Sequence record: SRR31156797_878
Length of the DNA stretch: 64,000 nt
Direction: 5' to 3' (one strand)
Part shown: piece by piece, positions 57,752-64,000 of the stretch
How positions within the stretch are numbered: the first letter of the stretch is position 1
How the letters are laid out: each line of letters opens with the position of its first letter
The notes under the pieces: generated by a model
What the model saw: the letters and a program-made list of their open reading frames with translations, nothing else
The model's database searches: none
Told to the model about the DNA's origin: nothing
Made by a program: the position numbers and the translations under genes

Positions 57752-58587
57752 TAGATTTTAATTTTTGATTCTACTTCCTTTCCAATCACCAAAAACCAGG
57801 AATTTAAAATGTTTTCTTTATTGTATCTCATCGGGGTGTTTTCACCGGGAACAACCACTTTACCTCCTGCATTTTCAACAATGGCCTGTCCTGCAGCTGT
57901 ATCCCATTCGCTGGTTGGTGCAAATCTTGGATACAATTCAGCAGCACCCTCGGCCACCATGCACAGTTTTAAAGAACTCCCCCTAGAAACAAATTGAATT
58001 TTCCCTACCTGTTTTTCGATTTCTGATACATATGCTTTTGTTTCTTCCGTTAGATGTGACCTGCTGGCTACCACTGTAAAAACACCATCAGGCTTATCCA
58101 ATGGAAGTTGTTTTGATTCTTCCAGTAATCCATCCAATGTAAAGCCATGATCTTTTACCTTATCATTGAAAACAATTTTGAACGCCCCACCAATTGAATA
58201 GTCTGCAAAATATAAAATTTTTAGGGTAGGACAAAATATTACACCCATTTTTGGTTGATTTTTTTCGACCAGGGCAATGTTGACCGTAAACTCACCATTC
58301 CGTTTTACGAACTCCTTCGTTCCATCCAGGGGGTCAACAATCCATAGCTGCTCCCAGTTTTTGCGTGTAGCGTAGGGTATGTGTTTACCCTCTTCACTTA
58401 AAACCGGGATATCGGTTTTTTTTAGATGTTCAACGATAATTTCATGTGCAGCTTTATCGGCTAAAGTCAACGGGCTTTCATCGGCTTTATAATCTACCTC
58501 AAAATCAGTTTCATAGATTTTTAGGATTTCTTCTCCGGCTTCAATAGCCGTTTTAATGGTGAGGAATAAAATTTCTTTTCTTGTCAT
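57751..58587 (-). CDS. cysQ: 3'(2'),5'-bisphosphate nucleotidase
   Basis: SPLT.AD, LSEE, VDPLDGTKEF, SRSH, GSSLK and EWDTAAG. Confidence 0.93.
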   Translation of the reverse strand: MTRKEILFLTIKTAIEAGEEILKIYETDFEVDYKADESPLTLADKAAHEIIVEHLKKTDIPVLSEEGKHIPYATRKNWEQLWIVDPLDGTKEFVKRNGEFTVNIALVEKNQPKMGVIFCPTLKILYFADYSIGGAFKIVFNDKVKDHGFTLDGLLEESKQLPLDKPDGVFTVVASRSHLTEETKAYVSEIEKQVGKIQFVSRGSSLKLCMVAEGAAELYPRFAPTSEWDTAAGQAIVENAGGKVVVPGENTPMRYNKENILNSWFLVIGKEVESKIKI

Positions 58588-58598
58588 AATGATTGGTG

Positions 58599-60071
58599 TT
58601 AAGTTGTTTCAGTTAATTTTTTGTTGTCCTCATCCAACGACTTTTGGAGCTCAGATGATTGGTGAAGAAATGCCATGGAGACATATAATAATGGACCAGT
58701 TGGGATTTGACCGAGCACACCATTCCCATATGAGGCAGCCATGATCCCGAGAATCCCGGCTGCCAGGGCAAACAGCTTGCCTTGCAACTCCCTGTCTTTC
58801 ACCCTAAACATGGCAAGGTATGAACCATAGCCAAGGATTGAAAATAGAATTATCAGGTGTAATGTCAAACCCACCACACCCTGATCGGCCCATATCATTA
58901 CATACCAACTGTCTGTCGGAACATTAGCCAGGAATCCATTGGGAGTAAAGCGTGAGCCCCAGTAACCAGCGGCCCCTATACCTCCCCCAAATGGTCTGGA
59001 AGCGAGGTATGTCTTTAGCTTTCTTTGGTTTTCAAGTCTTACCTGTAGGGATTTATCCTCAGGGTCAAATGCGGTTCGCATCCTGTTAATGGCATAAACA
59101 TTATTTCCTATGGTAGTATATTTAAAGAACACGAATACACTAATCCCCATGATAATTCCTAATGTAACGAGCTTAACGTTTCTAATCAAGATTAAATACA
59201 AGAAAAAGCCGGCAAAAGGTACTGCAATAGCTCCCCGTGTACCGGAAATAAACATACCATAAAAGCTGGCTAAACCAAGAAAACCAAAGAAATATTTATC
59301 CTTTTTTCTTTTGGCATGTAAGGCTACAATGGTCCCCATAACACCGGCATGACCCTGTGCTGCTCCAAATTGCCCGGCATCACTGTAGAAGGAAAACACC
59401 CTTAATTTACCAAAGAGAACATGTGTACTATCTGCTCCACCATCCAACCAGGCCTGCTCCCAGGGATCAACACCAAAATGGGCTTGCAATAAACCTTTAA
59501 ATGTTCCAATAAGGGAAAGTATACCCCACAAATAAAGGAATTTATTTAGGTCTTTATGGCTTTTCAAAAGCAAAAGGGTAAGGGTAACCAACAATAGTTG
59601 GTAAAGCGATACTCCACGATGTGCATAAAACCAGGCAATCCTACTTTGAGCTTCCGGGTTAATCAATTCGAAAAGTGCATATGCATACCATACCAATGCT
59701 AATTTGGTAACAAGCTTGTTGGCCGGTGACCAATCAATACCTTTATGAAAATCCTTGAAAACCAACGCCAGAAAACCAAGCCCCAGCAAACCATCAATGG
59801 TTAATCCATATGGTGGACCTGGCACATATCTGGGAATTCCATTAACGACAAATCCCATAAAAACCACAACAAAAATTGATAGTTTAGGATTATGAAAAAT
59901 GCTTCCAACAACAAAAACAATAAAGGGAACAAGGATTAGAATAGCTGCAGTTTGAAACCCGGACCTGGCAATCATAGCAGCAAATACAACAGATAAACCA
60001 ATTAAAACAATAATCGATTTAGGACTGTTAAAACCTGCAGCACCAGTTTGTTTTTGTACAGGATTTAGCAT
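58599..60071 (-). CDS. O-antigen ligase/Wzy-like polymerase
   Basis: About 12 TM helices; ISGTRGA, S..VR and GGGIG motifs. Confidence 0.8.
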   Translation of the reverse strand: MLNPVQKQTGAAGFNSPKSIIVLIGLSVVFAAMIARSGFQTAAILILVPFIVFVVGSIFHNPKLSIFVVVFMGFVVNGIPRYVPGPPYGLTIDGLLGLGFLALVFKDFHKGIDWSPANKLVTKLALVWYAYALFELINPEAQSRIAWFYAHRGVSLYQLLLVTLTLLLLKSHKDLNKFLYLWGILSLIGTFKGLLQAHFGVDPWEQAWLDGGADSTHVLFGKLRVFSFYSDAGQFGAAQGHAGVMGTIVALHAKRKKDKYFFGFLGLASFYGMFISGTRGAIAVPFAGFFLYLILIRNVKLVTLGIIMGISVFVFFKYTTIGNNVYAINRMRTAFDPEDKSLQVRLENQRKLKTYLASRPFGGGIGAAGYWGSRFTPNGFLANVPTDSWYVMIWADQGVVGLTLHLIILFSILGYGSYLAMFRVKDRELQGKLFALAAGILGIMAASYGNGVLGQIPTGPLLYVSMAFLHQSSELQKSLDEDNKKLTETT

Positions 60072-60074
60072 GTT

Positions 60075-61427
60075 TTAACCCTTTGTTGGTTTTAAATATT
60101 GCTTCACGGCATTGGCATAGAATTGATAACCGTATTTAAAGATTTCCCTGTAGTCTACTGGTATTTCTTTAATCAGGAATCTAAAGCCAACTATCTGACC
60201 TACAATTGTGAACAATATGGTAACAATGGCAACAGCAATAAGCGATTTAAAAATATATAGTGCTACCAGGTCGCCCAGGATATTTAATATTACCATGATC
60301 ATTACTTTATAAAAATTTTTCTTAGGTCGGTTTATACTGTCCAGTGCAACACCTGTAAACCTATCGATTGGTAGAAAAAATGTATATATAGCAAATATCT
60401 GAAAGAGAATAACAGGCACAATACTTTCGGTATACTGCTCTCCACCAAGTATCAATATAAAGTATTTTGCGAAAAGGATGCAAATAATAATCATCGGAAT
60501 AAACAATAGTGTCAGAGCTCCTGAATAGGTGTAGAATGTTTCCTTCACTTTTTCCGGATCATTATTTACACTTGCTTTTGACATTTTTGGAAAAGCTGTT
60601 GCAAGGAAGCTGCGAAGCGGAATTTCCATGATTTCCGTTAATTTCAATGGTACGGCATATAATGCCACAGCTGCTGCTCCAAATGGACTCAATCCTATTA
60701 ATATAGTGTCGGCACTTTTTAATAAATTGGAACCTATCATTGTCCCGATCGTAAATTTACCGAAATGAAAAAGCCTGGAGTTATTTGCCTTTGTAGCTTT
60801 AGATATGAATTTTATCCCATCCCAACCTTTGTAAATACTTAAAATTGAGGTCAACATATTTACTGTTAAATGGGCATAAACAATAATCTCAACACCCCAA
60901 TTCATAAACAAATAATTGAACAATACGAACAGGAAGAATCCTCCTGTTGTTGTCAACCTTACTACGAGAATGGACTTAAATTTTTGGTCGGCCTGAAGAA
61001 CACCAAGAGCATTATTATAGGGTAAATTTACAATTGCCAAAAGGGGATACCAGGTGAAAAACAAAATATAACCCGATTCAATAACCCAGTTACTAAAGAG
61101 GAACCTGATCAGGATTATAATCGTAATTAAAATCAGCGTAAGCAATAATCCTAATAACCAGTTGGACCCGATTAGTTCTTTGCGTTCGTTACCCTTAGCA
61201 CCTGACAGAAATCTGATAATGGAAACACGGGTAATAGCAAACCTGAGCATTTCGATTAATCCGGCAGTTACAAGATATAGCAACCATTCCCCAAAAATGT
61301 TTGGGTCAAACGACCGGGCCAGAAGCATAAAACTCAGAAATCCAAATAAAGCAACAGACATATTCCCTATCAATGATAAGGATTCATTTGAATTTAGCAC
61401 AGCTTTAAGCTTAGCAACCATAATCAA
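60075..61427 (-). CDS. Wzx-type oligosaccharide flippase
   Basis: About 12 TM helices; LLAR.....FG; located inside the EPS locus. Confidence 0.78.
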   Translation of the reverse strand: MIMVAKLKAVLNSNESLSLIGNMSVALFGFLSFMLLARSFDPNIFGEWLLYLVTAGLIEMLRFAITRVSIIRFLSGAKGNERKELIGSNWLLGLLLTLILITIIILIRFLFSNWVIESGYILFFTWYPLLAIVNLPYNNALGVLQADQKFKSILVVRLTTTGGFFLFVLFNYLFMNWGVEIIVYAHLTVNMLTSILSIYKGWDGIKFISKATKANNSRLFHFGKFTIGTMIGSNLLKSADTILIGLSPFGAAAVALYAVPLKLTEIMEIPLRSFLATAFPKMSKASVNNDPEKVKETFYTYSGALTLLFIPMIIICILFAKYFILILGGEQYTESIVPVILFQIFAIYTFFLPIDRFTGVALDSINRPKKNFYKVMIMVILNILGDLVALYIFKSLIAVAIVTILFTIVGQIVGFRFLIKEIPVDYREIFKYGYQFYANAVKQYLKPTKG

Positions 61428-61428
61428 A

Positions 61429-63786
61429 TTAGCTTATTGATGACTTTGTATAAAATTGGAATCTAAGCAGTTGTTTCATCTTACGCCTGATTTTACTTCT
61501 AGATTTTGGCAAAACACCAAGTACCCCTTCAATTTCTTCGATCTCTGTTCCATTCAAAAATACCATAGGTTTGGTTTTTAAGAATTGACTATATGTTTCA
61601 AGAGCGGAGTTGTCTGCAGTTTTCCATTCACGATTCGAACGGGTTACAAGAATACTTAAATCGCTTTGTCCAATGATGGTGGAAGGATAAAAATTATGTA
61701 ATATAGCCGGGATTTCAAGAAATATATATTTGAAATTATCAAATGAGTTAATCTCAAGAGTGGTATCCAGGTCAAATAAATCCTTTTTTTCAGGAAATGT
61801 ATCATCTATTGAATAGTAGATATTATCTGTATTCTCAACCGATTTTAATATTTCAGCACTTTTCCTACCTCCTTTGGATAATGACTTAAACACTTTTGAG
61901 AATGATTCTAAAGGTCTAAATCCTGAAGATTTTTTTTCGGAGTTATCATCACCATCAACATCATCTGTAAACTTGTAATTCATTAATAAAACTCTGTCAC
62001 CCATAGCACGAATCTTATCTACAACTTTATTTGCCAAAAAGGATTTTCCCTCTTTAGGGGAATTACTAAAAAACACGATCAGTTTATTTTGGTTCCGAAT
62101 GGTTGTATCATCCTCAGAGTTCGCTAAAAATTTGATGTCTTGCAGTAATAGTTCAATTAACCGATTTGTTATAAAAGGCATATCATATTTTCGATATGGG
62201 CCAATAATTTTAGGCATGATGCCAATTGATTTTAAGCCGGTTAGTTTTTCGGCACGTTGAATGTTCTTGATTGTATTATCAAAATATTCGGTTAATAATA
62301 TACTGGCCAAAACCAAAATGAATCCAAATAACCCGGCTGCGAGAACAATAATTTTGCGTTTTGATGGAATAGCCTTAATTGGAAAATATGCCTGATCCAT
62401 AGGCTTGATGTTTGAGGCAAGCTGTTCATTTTGTTGTTTCAGCTTAGCTTCATTCAGGCTTTGCAGCAGTGATAAATATTCGCGCTCAGCAACATCAATT
62501 TCTCTTTCAATCCTGCTAATATTTGCACCTAACGGGGCAAATAATTCATAATTTTTTTTGAACTCTTCCTGTCGGCTGTAGAGTACTTTCAGGCCTGCTT
62601 TTGCCTCAGCAAATTTTATTAAATTTGATAACCATTCATCAAGCAATCCCCCCAACGGTAGGCCATCAATAGAATTATTGTATGAATACAATTGGTTTAA
62701 ATCACGATTCAATTCAAATTCAATTAACTCTGCTTCAAGTTGAAGCCTGGCAATTTCATTTTTACTTGCAGTATCAGGCTCATTATAAATTTCATTTATG
62801 GTCAATTTCTCAGTAATTTCAACCAATCGATCTCTTTTTTGAAGTATTTCATCTGTAACCCCCTGAATTTGCCCCTGGACCTGAAGCTGGTTTTCGAGTC
62901 GTTGAAGGGCTTGTTCAGATCCGGCAAGTTTCATTTTTTCAAATTGTATTGCTTCTTCAATATCTTCTTTTTTTACGGCTATAAATTTACTCTGCTCATA
63001 GTAGTTAATAATCTTATTACCCTTGTTAAACTCCAATAATTTATCTTCAGCAATATTTAATTTTTGTTGTGCAACATCAACTTGTCTGGCAAAATAAGCA
63101 ACTACAGCATCACTTTGATTTTCCTTTAGTGCCCGGTAGTTTCGAATAAAAACCTCAGTTAATATTTTGAGTGTTTGCATCGCAATTCCAGGGTCCTGAG
63201 ATTTGAACTTAATCGAGATCAGGTCACTACTTTGTACTCTTCGCACAACACATCCTTGTATAGCTCTAATACTGAAATATTTATGGGTGAAATTCAATAG
63301 ATTATAAATATAGTTTGTATCTGAAGCATTATAATAATCAGTAAAAACTTTTACAGTTTGCTCATATGCCTGAGATTTGGCGACAGAATCATCAGTAAAA
63401 ACCGGTTTTATAACCATATCCTTGATAAACTGCGGCGTTTTCATCCTGAGTTCAATAAAGGATTCTTTTGAGATTATTTTTTTATCGTATTGGTCCAGTG
63501 ATATGCATTTGGCAAATAGGCGTATTCCTGTTTCGCTGCTGGTCTCCCTTGATTTAATTACATTGATAAGGTTATCAAACGCCATGCGCGAACCAAATAA
63601 ATCAAATCTGTCATTTTGCTCAAGAGTTTGCGCTGAACCAATACCAGTATAGACCACCGTTTCAGATTCGTACTCTAAAGTTGGGTTTTTTGTTAAATAA
63701 GCCACCAATACTGCCAGAAAGATCGGAACAAACATTAGCAGTAAAATATGCTTTTTAATGATATTTAAAAGCTGAATTATATTCAT
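61429..63786 (-). CDS. Wzc/GumC-like polysaccharide co-polymerase with degenerate kinase domain
   Basis: N-terminal TM, long coiled coil, second TM, and S..PKEGKS Walker A-like motif; ATG at 63786. Confidence 0.8.
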   Translation of the reverse strand: MNIIQLLNIIKKHILLLMFVPIFLAVLVAYLTKNPTLEYESETVVYTGIGSAQTLEQNDRFDLFGSRMAFDNLINVIKSRETSSETGIRLFAKCISLDQYDKKIISKESFIELRMKTPQFIKDMVIKPVFTDDSVAKSQAYEQTVKVFTDYYNASDTNYIYNLLNFTHKYFSIRAIQGCVVRRVQSSDLISIKFKSQDPGIAMQTLKILTEVFIRNYRALKENQSDAVVAYFARQVDVAQQKLNIAEDKLLEFNKGNKIINYYEQSKFIAVKKEDIEEAIQFEKMKLAGSEQALQRLENQLQVQGQIQGVTDEILQKRDRLVEITEKLTINEIYNEPDTASKNEIARLQLEAELIEFELNRDLNQLYSYNNSIDGLPLGGLLDEWLSNLIKFAEAKAGLKVLYSRQEEFKKNYELFAPLGANISRIEREIDVAEREYLSLLQSLNEAKLKQQNEQLASNIKPMDQAYFPIKAIPSKRKIIVLAAGLFGFILVLASILLTEYFDNTIKNIQRAEKLTGLKSIGIMPKIIGPYRKYDMPFITNRLIELLLQDIKFLANSEDDTTIRNQNKLIVFFSNSPKEGKSFLANKVVDKIRAMGDRVLLMNYKFTDDVDGDDNSEKKSSGFRPLESFSKVFKSLSKGGRKSAEILKSVENTDNIYYSIDDTFPEKKDLFDLDTTLEINSFDNFKYIFLEIPAILHNFYPSTIIGQSDLSILVTRSNREWKTADNSALETYSQFLKTKPMVFLNGTEIEEIEGVLGVLPKSRSKIRRKMKQLLRFQFYTKSSIS

Positions 63787-63788
63787 TC

Positions 63789-64000
63789 TCAATAGATTTC
63801 GTTAAGCAAATTAAATTTCATCCCAACCATTTGTTCAAGCAATAAATATTGTCGATAAAATAACATCCTGTCCTGCTTGTAGTTGTACAAGTTTGTTGAA
63901 TGTATTTGTGTTAACCTTGATAATTCCGTGATTGTAATCCTTCCATTTAAAAACTCTTTTTCGGCCATTTTTACCTGAAGTTTTGAGGTAACCTGTGCTT
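63789..64000 (-). CDS. C-terminal end of a probable TolC-family outer-membrane protein (partial)
   Basis: Manual translation ...KMAEKEFLNGRITITELSRL...YLLLEQMVGMKFNLLNEIY*, resembling an OEP C-terminal helix. Confidence 0.6.
   Translation of the reverse strand, partial: AQVTSKLQVKMAEKEFLNGRITITELSRLTQIHSTNLYNYKQDRMLFYRQYLLLEQMVGMKFNLLNEIY

Noticed and set aside
1278-63652. Numerous short nested or antisense ORFs in the track
   Set aside because: They lie within well-supported genes and lack motifs; treated as shadow ORFs.

Overview
Chromosomal segment of an anaerobic Bacteroidota bacterium, probably Bacteroidales-like. This assignment rests on T9SS C-terminal domains, TAnnTTTG promoters and the ndk-DHH-FKBP synteny. 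From left to right the window holds: a fused glycogen synthase/phosphorylase; an ABC pair; an MNT-HEPN toxin-antitoxin pair; a TlpA lipoprotein; an SDR; rseC and a complete rnfBCDGEA operon; marC and mscS; a lipoprotein made of five CBM20-like repeats; LytS/LytTR; a SWIM-SNF2 helicase; Xaa-Pro aminopeptidase; a BNR/PKD T9SS cargo protein; the glycyl-radical hydroxyproline dehydratase HypD with its activase; an XRE regulator; ndk; nrnA; four FKBP PPIases; and an exopolysaccharide locus running off the right end. No rRNA, tRNA, CRISPR array or transposase was recognised. The most unusual signals are non-coding. First, two composite arrays (about 10.2 kb and 40.4 kb) alternate a constant 7-nt spacer with covarying mini-hairpins (GNA triloops, tandem GA mismatches), and each is followed by a 9-bp-period tract; the same heptamer also flanks the lytTR gene. 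Second, a phased array of TYACA-N2-TGTRA palindromes lies in an 880-bp AT-rich gap upstream of the XRE gene. All calls were made by eye; no searches were run.
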